Origin: Heteronotia binoei
Lineage: Eukaryota
Reading direction: 5' to 3'
NCBI RefSeq assembly: GCF_032191835.1
Contig: NC_083242.1
Span: forward strand, 19,344,001 to 19,408,000
Length of the DNA stretch: 64,000 nucleotides
Below the pieces are notes generated by a model, which saw nothing but the letters and a program-made list of their open reading frames with translations, did no database searches and was not told the origin of the DNA. Below are positions 11,301 to 21,936 of the stretch, piece after piece. A program made the translations under genes and the position numbers. Numbering within the stretch: the first letter of the stretch is position 1; each line of letters starts with the position of its first letter.

Positions 11301-12746
11301 GGAAGGAAAGAGCCAGAGCTCCCTTTGAAGCAAGCTGTCCCTCCCCTCCTTCCTCCCCAAGGGAGGAGCCTCAGCCAATGGAGAAAATAGAGGCTTTGTG
11401 ATTTGCTCTGTAGCTGCTATGTGATTGAGCAAGCCTGGCAAAGCAAACCACTTAGAATCATAGAATCACAAGAGTTGGAAGGGGCCCTACAGGCCATCTA
11501 GTCCAACTCCCTGCTAAATTCAGGGTCAGCTTAGAGCGTCCCTGACAACTGTTTGCCCAGCCGCTGCTTCAAGACTGCCAGGGAGGGGGAGCTCACCACC
11601 TCCCTTGGGAGCTGATTTCACTGTTAAGAAGAAAAAGAATTGCAGATATATACCCTGCCCTTCTCTCTGAATTAGAGACTCAGAGTGGCTTACAATCTTC
11701 TGTATCTTCTTCCCCCACAACAGACACCATGTGAGGTGGATGGGGCTGAGAGGGCTCTCACAGCAGCTGCCCTTTAAAGGACAACTCCTGCAATAGCTAT
11801 GGCTGACCCAAGGCCATTCCAGCAGGTGCAAGTGGGGGAGTGGGGAATCAAACCCGGTTCTCCCAGTTAAGAGTCCGCACGCTTAACCACGACACCAAAC
11901 TGGCTCTCTGATTGTCAATAAGCAACTCTAATTGTCAATTTCCTAATATTTCCTAATATCCAGCTGGTACCTTCCCACCCTTAATTTAAACCCATTCTCG
12001 CGAGTCCTCTCATTTCTCTGCTGTCGACAGAACAGCTCCCTGCCCTTCCCCTCTAAGTGGCATCCCTTCAAATACTTTCTTTTCTTTTTGTAATTTTTTT
12101 CCTGTGTGTGTGTCATGGTGACTTCTGGCAACTTCTACTTGGGCGTGGAGGACATTTAGAGAAGTGGCTTGATACAGCCTGCCTTTGCCTCCTAGTCCTG
12201 GTATTCCAAGGAGGTCTCCCATCCAAGTCAGGGTCAGCCCTGCTTAACTTCCAAGATCTGACAAGATCGGGCTTGCTTGGGCTATCCAGGGCCAGGCAGG
12301 GCAGGGCGGCCTCTTTTCTCACTTGGTTCAGGTAGCAGATGTAAGTCTGTACTGCTCAGGTGAGCTTTGTCCTGGCTTGGCTTTCACAGTCGTTTCATTG
12401 TGTTAGTGTTTTAATGTGCCAGGTTTCCAGTTGGCTTTTAATTTCCTTGTTTTATTATAAACAGCTTTAAGCAATGAGGAAATGTGGGACAGAAATGTTA
12501 CAAAACAAAGGGACAGGTAAATACTTTAACCCAATAAAAGATGCTTTCCTGTGTCTTGTGGGTGTAATTCTTGGGATCCCAACTTTATTGTACCAGCATC
12601 ATTCTTGGAGTTATTGTATATAAGTATTTCAACACAATACAAATATTGTATTTCTTTCCTTTGTATAGGCTCCAGCGTATTCTGTTTTGAAGAACGCAAT
12701 ACAGATTGGATGTAAAGCGGCCATATTTTTATCAGAAAGAATATAG
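2093..12746 (+). CDS. COQ7: 5-demethoxyubiquinone hydroxylase (COQ7/CLK-1), spliced CDS, 224 aa
   Basis: join(2093..2165,5335..5534,7578..7692,7794..7933,9373..9441,12669..12746)=675 nt, open, all introns GT-AG. Peptides DRIIRVDHAGEYGANRIYAGQ, NQEKEHL, AVEESI and RDEELEHHD carry the di-iron E / ExxH ligands. Exon sizes 73/115/140/69/78 match the human gene as recalled. Confidence 0.97.
2378..2484. repeat. ~105-135-bp palindromic element (GCATTCACAC...GTGTGAATGC), unclassified
   Basis: Inverted-repeat hairpin; related copies ~37198-37308 and 60275-60415. Confidence 0.65.
2617..3392 (+). mobile_element. Composite non-autonomous hAT element carrying captured genomic DNA
   Basis: Left end CAGGGGCGGCTGAAC, right end TTGGCCACCCCTG, perfect 8-bp TSD CCCTGGAA (2609-2616 / 3393-3400). 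Internal 2713-3113 is homologous to 20319-20703. Confidence 0.85.
5335..5534 (+). CDS. COQ7: COQ7 exon 2
   Basis: ccag|GA ... CAG|gttagt; encodes IDRIIRVDHAGEYGANRIYAGQMAVLGRTSVGPVIQ. Confidence 0.97.
5664..5864. mobile_element. Related CAGGGCTTT-TIR element carrying ATGCAAAT octamers, representative copy
   Basis: Core GGAACGCAGTTCCGGCTGGC...CCTAATATGCAAATGAGTTCCTGCTGGGC. Other copies ~10781-10965, 15128-15247, 40160-40370, 49844-50040, 52444-52703, 62357-62463. Confidence 0.75.
5985..6641 (+). mobile_element. tRNA-derived CORE-like SINE (Squam2-like) with internal tandem amplification (3x79 bp + 3x109 bp)
   Basis: Units start at 6021/6100/6179 and 6268/6377/6486. Other family copies ~6781-7270, 8336-8590, 11628-11908, 13745-14008, 14351-14510, 20925-21420, 22312-22381, 28726-29008, 29888-30150, 38770-39010. 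Confidence 0.85.
7578..7692 (+). CDS. COQ7: COQ7 exon 3
   Basis: cag|CAA ... G|gtgagg; QMWNQEKEHLKKFNDLMVSYRVRPTVLLPFWNVAGFVL. Confidence 0.97.
7794..7933 (+). CDS. COQ7: COQ7 exon 4
   Basis: cag|GC ... GAG|gtgcct; [47 protein letters not shown]. Confidence 0.97.
9094..9284. mobile_element. ~190-bp hAT-like element (CAGTGTTCCCTCTAAG TIR), representative copy
   Basis: Perfect TSD GTAGTGTC. Other copies 4048-4187 (TSD GTCGTAAT / GTCATAAT), ~10320-10504, 14187-14350, 16373-16569, 48520-48713. Confidence 0.85.
9373..9441 (+). CDS. COQ7: COQ7 exon 5
   Basis: cag|ATA ... CTG|gtaagc; IIKKFRDEELEHHDIGLEHDAEL. Confidence 0.97.
9818..10266 (-). mobile_element. CR1 LINE 3' fragment
   Basis: ORF2 tail HSMKL...[20 protein letters not shown] and a CR1-type 3' end. 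Other CR1 ends ~11456-12068 (split by a SINE), 19111-19460, 28049-28332 (+), 52773-52825. Confidence 0.88.
12105..12305 (-). mobile_element. 5S rRNA-derived SINE (SINE3)
   Basis: Reverse strand GCCCGATCTTGTCAGATCTTGGAAGTTAAGCAGGG...ACTTGGATGGGAGACC matches the 5S internal promoter region, followed by a non-5S tail. Similar copies at 48121-48295 and 52938-53140. Confidence 0.8.
12669..12746 (+). CDS. COQ7: COQ7 exon 6 (stop TAG)
   Basis: tag|GCT; APAYSVLKNAIQIGCKAAIFLSERI*. Confidence 0.97.
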   Translation, partial: APAYSVLKNAIQIGCKAAIFLSERI

Positions 12747-13584
12747 TAGACTTTTGAGCAGTGGTTTGATACTGATATTCCAAATAATGCAAAGGTAAAA
12801 AAAAAATAGACCATATTCTCTCTGGCTTCTTTTTCCACACACATACATTTGGTTCTCTGTTATCCTCTTGTTACTTGTGCTAGCACCAAAGAAATGTATG
12901 GCCATGGGAATGGTTTCTCTTTCTGCATCCACTCTAGTTGCAATTTTTATTTTGGAAAGGAAGTCCACATGAATGTTCACAGTCTGGATTTGCCAGTATA
13001 GCATGAGCATCTAATGCCATGATGCCAGTATTGTGGGAGAAAATGTCACTTCTGAAAGCATTCTGAAATGGGCTCTTTTTCTAGCAGGAGCAACTCTGCA
13101 TATTAGGTCGCGCTTCCTGATGTAGCCAATCCTCGAAGAGCTTAGAGGGCTCTTAATACAGGGCCTACTGTAAGCTCCAGAAGGATTGGCTACATCAGAG
13201 GGGCATGGCCTAATATGCAGAGGAGCTCCTGCTAGAAAAAGAGCCTTGCTTGAATGTAATGCTACCGTTGTTAACACAAGTAGTTTAACATCACCGCTAA
13301 CGTTAAATTGAAGTAAACTTCATCATAATCAATAGGACTTCAGAGGAATCAAGTGTGATCTGTTAAAACGGCCAGCTTTTGTTCCAGTTGAAGGAAGGCA
13401 GCATCAGATGAGGACTTGTACCAGAAGCCATCACAAAACGATGTTCATCGTGAAGGACATGCAGAAAGTTTAGGGGGGAATGAGCCAGCACATCTGCCCT
13501 AATTGAGCTATTTTCATGCATTATATTTATGGAGGAGAATTGACATCCCCTAAAAATATACATCTCAGGCTTGCCATGGCGAGT

Positions 13585-16500
13585 TTAAATCCAGCATTCA
13601 CTTCTGCAAGGAACAATAATAGACTCTGCAGGCCCAGTTCTGATTCTCCTAGATGCCAAATGCTCTTTCACATCACATTTTTTTCTACAGGAGGTAACAC
13701 CGTTCTTCCCCCTTGAATCCAGGAGCCCAGGATAAATTGTTAGAAGAAGACATTGGATTGATATTCCACCCTCCACCCTGAATCAGAGTCTCAGAGAGAC
13801 TCACAATCTCCTTTATCTTCCTCCCCCACAACAAACACCCTGTGAGGTTGGTGGGGCTGAGAGGGCTCTCACAGCAGCTGCCCATTCAAGGACAGCTCTG
13901 CAAGAGCTATGACTGCCCCAAGGCCATTCCAGCAGGTGCAAGTGGAGGAGTGGGGAATCAAACCTGGTTCTCCCAGATAAGAGTCCGCGCAATTAACCAC
14001 TACACCAGTAGACATGAATCTGAGGTTCAGTCTTAATCCCAAATTTAGGATCGGGATGCACATTCTGCTAGTAAAGTTGCTGGGGCTGGAACTGTGGAAG
14101 TTGGAGTGGTGTGGTGGCACAGAGAACATACCATGGCATAGGAAGCACCAGTTTGAATTTCTCCTCTGCCAGGAACCTGGTTGGAGCAGTGTTCCCTCTA
14201 AGCTGAGTTAGCGTGAGCTAGCTCACAGATTTTTAGCCTCCAGCTCACACATTTTTGTCTTAGCTCAGGAAGGAGGACCCCAGAGCACAATAATCTTTGC
14301 AGGAGCTCACAAAGTAGAATTTTTGCTCACAAGACTTAGAGGGAACATTGGGGAGTAGTGGTTAAGTGTGCGGACTCTTATGTGGGAGAACTGGGTTTGA
14401 TTCCCCACTCCTCCACTTGCACCTGCTGAAATGGCCTCGGGTCAGCCATAGCTCTCAAGGAGTTGTCCTTGAAAGGGCAGCTTCTGGGAGAGTTCTCTCA
14501 GCCCTACATATTGGACAGTGTGACCGCAGCCCTACGTATTGGGCAGAAAAAGCGTGTATAGCTTCTCCAGTCTGTTGCTCGCTTGGTTCATTCCAAACGA
14601 GAGCTCCATATGGAAATGGGGTTAGTAGAGGATGGTTTCTTGCTCCAACAGCAGTCCTAGTGACCCGTGCCAGATTGACAGCGTGGCTTGCCAGGAGCAT
14701 GAGTTCATTTTGTAACGTGGACGTCTCTGAGGCTGACCTGTCGTCTGTCTGCGAAGGTTGTAAAAATGCCATTGGAGTGACTGGAAAAGAAGAATTCTGA
14801 GGGTTTGGGTTAGATTCCTTGGACAGCATAACTCTGAGGCCATAGCTAAAGGCAGACATGCTTTTTGCATGACGGGAGCTTTAGAGCGCTGACGCTTTAT
14901 GGTGCATGTTTTGTAAAACAAGAGCTCTAAGGGGGGTGGGAGATATGAGTGGCTTATGTTTTACCTCCATATATTAATCACCATCACTGCATCTAATAAT
15001 AAACTGTCAGCCCTCCCCCCCCCCCGCAATAGGTCACAAAAACCACATGGCGAGGCCACCCAAAGGCAAGGGAGGGGTCTCTACATATTTGGAGGTCTGC
15101 CCAGGTAAGCTGAAAAATATGGTTTTGCAGGACTTCCCCCACCCAGGAAAAGTCTAGCATGGACTCATTTGCATATTAGGCCTCACCCCCTGATGCCAAG
15201 CCAGCCGGAACTGCGTTCCTGTGAGTTCCTGCTCAAAAAAAGCCTTGCGGTTTTGTAAACCAAAGGAAAAGACTACTTTAAAAAAAAAAGGGAGAGAGAT
15301 GATGTTCTGAGGGCTGAGAATATACTACGAAGCATGGAGAAATAAGAGTGGCCAGGGGGTTTTTTGGAGCAGGAACTCCTTTGCATATTAGGCCATGCCC
15401 CTGATGTAACCAGTTCTCCTGGAACTTACAGTAGGCCCTGCACTAAGAGCCCTGTAAGCTCTTGGAGGATTGGCCTACATCACAGAGGTGTGGCCTAATA
15501 CGCAAAGGAGTTCCTGCTTCAAAAAAGGCCTTGAGAGTGGCCAACATTACAGAGGCATTGTGAAGACAGCAGCAACGGGATACGGCCAATACACGTTGCA
15601 CCGTGAAAACTCTTAACCAACATTATTATTTCTGGTACTACTGCATCCTGCCCGAGGTTTGCTGCCTGTCTGAAAAATTTGCAAGACAGTCAGTGAAATC
15701 CTGTGAAAAGTCAGTCGAAGCCTATTGAAACTGATACGCCCGGACCAGAGTTAACTCCCAGGACTGCAATCGAGGGTTAGCGTCAAGAGATTGTCTGGCC
15801 CATGAAGCATCCCCACAATTGCCAGCAGTGTCCTTTTGACAGATGGCATTTCATTGACGAAGGAAAGGGAGAGGACGTTGGGACTCAGAAGTCCCTTTCG
15901 GGATTCATGAGTCACTCAAGTGCTATTTGAAAAATATGCCGGGTTGTTTTCAAATAGGCAGCCTTCCATTTCCCCGGGTTCAGTCTCCTCTTTGGTAAGT
16001 GATGCTTATTCCCTCGGTCCTCTGCCATCTTTACGGTAAGAGCTGTTTTCTTTTATTCATCCTTTTGTGTGATGTGGAGCAGGGCTGCAGGGGAAATCTC
16101 ACTGTACTGGTAGTGAGTGAACCTGAAGTTTAGCTCAAGACATCCTCCGTTCTCAGCAAAGGTCTTCAGTTCTGAATTATTTCTCAGTGGCCTTTCTTTT
16201 TCTCTCCTGTGGGGGAGTAGCTTGCAACACCATTCTCTCCCCCCTTCATTTTATCCTCACAACAATTCTGTTAGGCAGGTTAGGCTTCAAGGGAGTGACT
16301 CGTCCAAGATCCCTTAGTGAGCTGTGGCAGATTCGGGATTCGAACCTGGGTCTTCCAGATCCTAGTCTGCAGCAGTACTCCCTCTAAGCTGTGGAGTCTT
16401 CTGAGCAAAAATTCTACGTCACAAGCTATTGGCATTAAAGTGATGAGCTGCTGCATAAACTAGTTTCCTCTTGGGGCCATCTTCTCTGAGCTAGGACAAA

Positions 16501-18368
16501 AAAAGTGTGAGGTGGAGGCTAAAAAACTGTGAGCTAGTCTCACACTAATTCAGCTTAGAGGGAACACCGGTCCACAGCGATAGTCTTCTGAGGAAGCCCG
16601 GGTTGCTGCCCTTAAGAAACCGGCCGTGCTGAATCAACAATGCAAAGCCGTATACCTAAGCAACGTGTCCTGGCTGCGATTCAAAGGATGGTTTCTTGGC
16701 AGCAAGCACCCCTCGGGATCGAAGAGGACTTCTGCGGCTTCCTCGAGACACACCACCTCAGTCTTTGCAAACTAGGCATGAAAGCCTGTGCAGAGTTAAA
16801 CCCTGCGCTGTGCTCCTGGGCTCGGACTTGAGGAACTCTGCACAGGACGGGCACTGGATTCTGCAAGCATCTGGACCGGGGTGGTCAAAGTTGCTTAACG
16901 GAAGAGCCGCATAGAATAAATGTTCAATGTCAGAGAGTCGTAAGCAGGGCTTTTTTTGGTAGCAGAAACTCCTTTGCATATTAGGCCCCCCCACCCCTGA
17001 TGTGAAGGAGTCCCGTGGCTCAGAGTGGTCAGCTGCAGTATTGCAGTCCAAGCTCTGTTCACGACCGGAGTTTGACCCCGGCAGAGGCTGGGTTCAGGTT
17101 GGTGGCTCGAGGTTGACTCAGCCTTCCATCCTTCTGAGGTCAGTAAAATGAGTCCCCAGCTTGTTGGGGGGGAAGTGTAGATGACAGGGGAAGGCAATGG
17201 CAAACCACCCCGTAGAAAGTCTGCCGTGAAAACGTTGTGAAAGCAACGTCACCCCAGAGTCGGAAACGACTGGTGCTTGCAGAGGGGACTACCTTTACCT
17301 TCTTTTTTTTAACCCCTGATGTAACCAATCCTGGAGCTTACAGTAGGCCCTGTGCTAAGAGCCCTGTAACCTCTTGGAGGACTGGCTACACCAGGGGTGC
17401 GGGGCCTAATAGGCAAAGGAGTTCCTGCTACAAAAAAAGCCCTGGTTGTAAGACATGAACATCAGATGTTTGAGAGCCACAGAAGGAAGGAAAGAAGGCA
17501 AATAGATTGGGGGGAGGTGGAAAGAAAGCAACTTTAAATGAATTCCCCAAGCTACTGGCTGGCTTGGTTTGCAGAAGTGATTTAAAGAGAGAAAAGTCTT
17601 CTCCAAGCTGGCCAACGCGGTAGAGGCTCTGAGAGTCGCACAATATGTCAGGGTTGGCCAACGGTAGCTCTCCAGATGTTTTAGGGCTACAACTCCCATC
17701 AGCCCCAGCCAGCATGGCCAATGGCCGGGGCTGATGGGAGTTGTAGGCAAAAACATCTGGAGAGCTACCGTTGGCCACCCCTGCAATATGTGTTAAGGAG
17801 CCACAGTTTGGCCGCCCCTGATCTGGACACACACACAAAGTTCAGTAATGTTTCTCCCTTTTGCAAGTTATCGAGCCTTTATTCCCACACCATTTTCCTT
17901 GCCACTGTGCCAGATTTTCCGGTTTAATGCATATGTTTCCAACATTATGTTTTACTTCTTTTGATGCACAGCACCCCAAAATGTCAAAATTACCTTAAGG
18001 TAGCATAACAAGTCATGAAAGAGGAACACCTACAAGGGAAGCGGGTGAAATAACCCCAAGAGGCTGGGCAGGGCGACTGTGGGAGGCCATCTCTGTGTCC
18101 TCCGGCTTGCTGGGATGTGTGTGGCCCCTTTGCTAACCAGGAGGATCCACAAAGGGAGGAGAGAATTGGGTTTGGTGGAGGCACAGCCCAGACATAATTC
18201 TTTTAGTCTCTTGGCAGGGATGGGAGTGGTGGTTTTTGGTATCCCAGATTATCATGGGAGGAAACAGCTCTGTAATCCACCCGGGGCCCAATTTCCTGCC
18301 CACCCATGAATTGTTACAGTTAGCAAGGACTCTACAGAGATGTCTTGAAAATAGCTCCAGCGCAGCAT
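13585..18368 (-). CDS. Candidate unannotated spliced ORF (127 aa) antisense between COQ7 and notum2
   Basis: complement(join 18368..18318, 18029..17994, 16771..16656, 15669..15551, 14780..14738, 13603..13585)=384 nt, open, GT-AG at every junction, all pieces in non-repeat islands. No homology recognised; the downstream exon choice is ambiguous. Confidence 0.35.
16945..17444. mobile_element. 180-bp-family MITE split by a full Sauria SINE
   Basis: MITE TSD GTCGTAAG / GTTGTAAG; SINE at 17004-17311 with TSD ACCCCTGATGT. Confidence 0.88.
17649..17783. mobile_element. Same 135-bp MITE inside a hAT element
   Basis: TSD CAATATGT. Confidence 0.9.
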
Positions 18369-18558
18369 GCTTCAGTCAGTGTTTTTGCTAGCCCCGCTGC
18401 ATACGGATATTTGATATGCAATGTTTTAGCGGAAATGGAGAGACTTTAAAACTGCGGCAGACAGAACTATGGCACTTGTGGCTGGTGAGAACTATCCCAG
18501 TTTCTGGCCTTTATGAGCATTTGAGGCTGCCTTGTACCTAATGTCCCATCATCTAACA

Positions 18559-19087
18559 CAAGGGTGGCCAAACTTTGACTCGGGAGCCACGTGTGGCTCT
18601 TGAAGCCCCCACTGCCCCGTTGGCTGGCTTGGAGAAGGTGTTTGTCTCTAAATCACTTCTCCAAGCCAAGCCAGCTGGCAGCTTGGAGAATGCATTTAAA
18701 GTTGCTTTCTTTTTGCCTTCCCCCCTCTTCCAGCTTTTTGCCTGCCTGCCTGCCTACCTTCCTCTTGTGGCTCTCATATACCTGATGTTCATGTCTGGTG
18801 GCTCTCATACATCTGACATTTATTTTATGTGACTCTTACATTAAGCAGGCTGGGAGGGACAGTAACTCAGTGGTAGAGCATCTGTTTGGTAAGCAGAAGG
18901 TCCCAGGTTCAGTCCCCAGCATCTCCAACTAAAAAGGGTCCAGGCAAGTAGGTGTGAAAAACCTCAGTTTGAGACCCTGGAGAGCCATTGCCAGTCTGAG
19001 TAGACAATACTGACTTTGATGGATCGAGGGTCTGATTCAGTATAAGGCAGCTTCATAGGTTCATATGTTCAAGTTTGGCCACCCTTG
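18559..19087 (-). mobile_element. Same hAT family, with a tRNA-SINE inserted near one TIR
   Basis: Perfect TSD ATCTAACA at 18551-18558 and 19088-19095. Confidence 0.85.
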
Positions 19088-19200
19088 ATCTAACAGGTGA
19101 TGGCTCTCCAGACATAGAATCATATAGAATCATAAGAGTTGGAAAGGGCCATGTGGGCCATCTAGTCCAACCCCTTCCTCGATGCAGGATCAGCCTAGAG

Positions 19201-19337
19201 CAGGGGTGGGGAACAGTGGCTCTCCAGATGTTTTTTTGCCTACAACTCCCATCAGCCCCAGCCAGCATGGCCAATGGCTGGGGCTGATGGGAGTTGTAGG
19301 CAAAAAACATCTGGAGAGCCAGTGTTCCCCACCCCTG
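19201..19337. mobile_element. Same 135-bp MITE (variant TIR) inside a CR1 3' end
   Basis: TSD GCCTAGAG. Confidence 0.9.
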
Positions 19338-19616
19338 GCCTAGAGCATCCCTGACAAATGTTTGTACAGCCGCTGCTCAAAGACAGCCAGTGTGGGGGAG
19401 ATCCCCACCTCCCTCAGTAGCTGATTCCACTGTTGGACAAGTCTTACAGTAAAAAAGTTTCACAAGGTATATACAGTACATAAAGGCTTTTCTTAGTATG
19501 ATCTGCCCCATATCCTTTAACTGACAATGCCAGGGGTTGATCCTCAGACTTTCTGTACCTTCCTCCAACAAGGTATCTTGTCATCACTGAGCCACACAGT
19601 CCATTATCCAGGAAGT

Positions 19617-20217
19617 AAGGTAAAGATAAAGGCAGTCTCCTGTGCAACCACCAGTCATTTCCGACTCTGGGCTGAAGTCACATCACGACGTTTTCACAGC
19701 AGACTTTTTACAGGGTGGTTTACCATGGCCTAAAAAGAACCCCGGGGCACAGAGTGTTAAAGCTGCAGTAATGCAGTCCCGAGTTCAATCCCTGGTGGAA
19801 GCTGGGTTTTCAGGTAGCCGGCTCGAGGTTGACTCAGCCTTCCATCCTTCCGAGGTCGGTAAAATGAGTACCCAGCTTGCTGGGGGGAAAGTGTAGATGA
19901 CTGGGGAAGGCAATGGAAAACCACCCCGTAAAAAGTCTGCCATGAAAACATTGTGAAAGCAATGTCACCCCAGAGTCGGAAACGACTGGTGCTTGCACAG
20001 GGGACCTTTCCTTTCCTTGCCATGGCCTTCCCCAATCATCTCCACTCCCCCCCCACCCCAGCAAGCTGGGTACTCATTTGACTGACCTCGGAAGGATGGA
20101 AAGCTGAGTCAACCTGGAGCTGGCTACCTGAACCCAGCTTCCACTGGGATCAAACTCAGGTTGTGAGCAGAGAGCTTGGACTGCAGTACTGCAACTTATC
20201 ACTCTGCACCATAGGTC
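19617..20217. mobile_element. Full + strand Sauria SINE (19735-20016) inserted into a - strand Sauria SINE
   Basis: Host halves at 19617-19731 and 20020-20217; TSD CCATGGCCT. Confidence 0.85.
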
Positions 20218-20249
20218 TCCTATCCAGGAAGTAGTCACTGGCATTTGAA

Positions 20250-20460
20250 CTATGGAGCCAGTGTAGTTGTTAGACTAGAATGTGAGAGACTTGGATTTGA
20301 ATCCCCACTCTGCCTTGGAAGCTTGCTGGGTGACCTTGGGCCAGTCACTTTATCTCAGGCTAGCCTACACTGCAGGGTGGTGGTGGGGAGCATGAAATGG
20401 GGAGGAGAGGGTGACGCTGTCCACGGAGTTCCACAGGGAAGGAAAGCAGAGTACAAAGAC
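20250..20460 (+). mobile_element. Old MIR/CORE-like SINE
   Basis: tRNA-like head, GTGACCTTGGGCCAGTCAC core. Its 3' part is included in the captured segment. Confidence 0.65.
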
Positions 20461-20703
20461 CTAAAATAGAAATTTAAAAGTTACTTCAAAGAATCTTGCA
20501 GCAAGAGCCCAGCAATTTGATAATGGGCAACATTTCAGTCTGAGCTCCATTTTCATGCAGAATTCTCTATTTCTGCAAGTTTAAGTCACTGGCTTGAATC
20601 CAACCATCTTCTAAGTGACTCTTCCTCCAGTTGAAGTTGGAGGAGGACTCCTAAAACTGGAGGAAGACTTCGAACCTGAGTCGAGATAGGGTATATTATA
20701 TAG

Positions 20704-21462
20704 CAGGGGTGGCCAAACTTCCTTAAGAGCCACATGCAATAAATGTCAGATGTTTGTGAGCTATAAGACAGGAAGGAAAGAAGCAAGGAAGGAAAATAGA
20801 TGGGGAGAGGGAGGTAGAAAGAAAGCAACTTTAAATACATTCTCCAAGCCACTGGCTGGCTTGGCTTGGAGAAGTGATTTAAAGAGACAAATTCTCCAAG
20901 CCAGCTGACAGAGCAGTGGAGGCTTGGAGAGCCAGTTTGGTGTAGTGGTTAAGTGTGCGGACTCTTATCTGAGAGAACCGGGTTTGATTCCCCACTCCTC
21001 CACTTGCACCTGCTGGAATGGCCTTGGGTCACCCATAGCTCTGGCAGAGGTTGTCCTTGAAAGAGCAGCTGCTGAGAGCCCTCTCAGCCCCACCCACCTC
21101 AAAGGGTGTCTGTTGTGGGGGAGGAAAGTAAAGGAGATTTTGAGCCACTCTGAGGTTGTCCTTGAAAGGGCAGCTGCTGTGAGAGCCCTCTCAGCCCCAC
21201 CCACCTCACAGGGTGTCTGTTGTGGGGGAGGAAGGGAAAGGAGATTGTAGGCCGCTCTGAGACTGTCCTTGAAAGGGCAGCTGCTGTGAGAGCCCTCTCC
21301 AGCCCCACCCACCTCAGAGGATGTCTGTTGTGGTGAGGGGGGAGAAGATAAAGGAAATTGTGAGCTTCTCTGAGATTCGTAGTGGAGGGCAGGATATAAA
21401 TCCAATATCTTCTTCTTCTTTGAGAGCCACACAATGTACGATCCACCGTTTGGCCACTCCTG
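20704..21462 (+). mobile_element. Non-autonomous hAT element (CAGGGGTGGCCAAAC TIR, internal GGAA tract) interrupted by a SINE
   Basis: Degenerate TSD TTATATAG / TCGTATAG. Other copies of the family: 1-157, 17453-17820, 18559-19087 (TSD ATCTAACA), 31987-32471, 32706-33063 (TSD CTCTAACC), 33625-33695, 54635-55010, 55197-55464. Confidence 0.85.
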
Positions 21463-21628
21463 TCGTATAGCTATTTTAATAATTGAATGAATGAATTTTG
21501 CTCAGAAGAGCAGAAGGATAGGGGCAGAAGCCACCCCGCTCTTCCTAAATAATCCCTTCGTGTTCTGTTTCCTTTCTCCTCCCACTGCTCTGATGTCAGG
21601 TTCATCTTTTTAGCCTTTCAGACTAGAG

Positions 21629-21936
21629 ATGCTGCTGCTGCTACAGGTTTCCAAGTCACTGCTAGTGGTCCTGCTGCTGCTGCTGCTGCTGCTGGGGCAA
21701 GCGTTGTCTCACAGCAAGCGCTTCCCCAAACTTAATGCAACGACTCCCGCTCGGAAACAAAGGGGTCGTCCTTCAGTTGCCATGGTGGAAGATGTGCACC
21801 AAATAGCGTCTCCTAGTGGGGAAAGTGCAGCGCCACCAGCAAGGAGCACTTTGGCCCATTCTAAACCCTCACGTGACATGAAACTCGCCTTTCTAAAGAA
21901 CCCCAAAGTCACTTGCAACGATGGGACAACCGCTGG
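21629..21936 (+). CDS. NOTUM2: notum2 coding exon 1 (signal peptide to TCNDGTTA)
   Basis: [27 protein letters not shown] leader; donor GG|gtaaga, phase 2. Confidence 0.9.

Noticed and set aside
12105-12305. 5S rRNA gene
   Set aside because: Diverged partial match fused to a SINE tail.
16679-16688. TCF/LEF-like site (TTCAAAG) upstream of a Notum-family gene
   Set aside because: A single 7-mer is expected by chance; no cluster.
14628-16696. Shared 12-mer GGATGGTTTCTT (GWFL / RNHPL) in two non-repeat islands
   Set aside because: Similarity does not extend beyond the 12-mer; compatible with chance.
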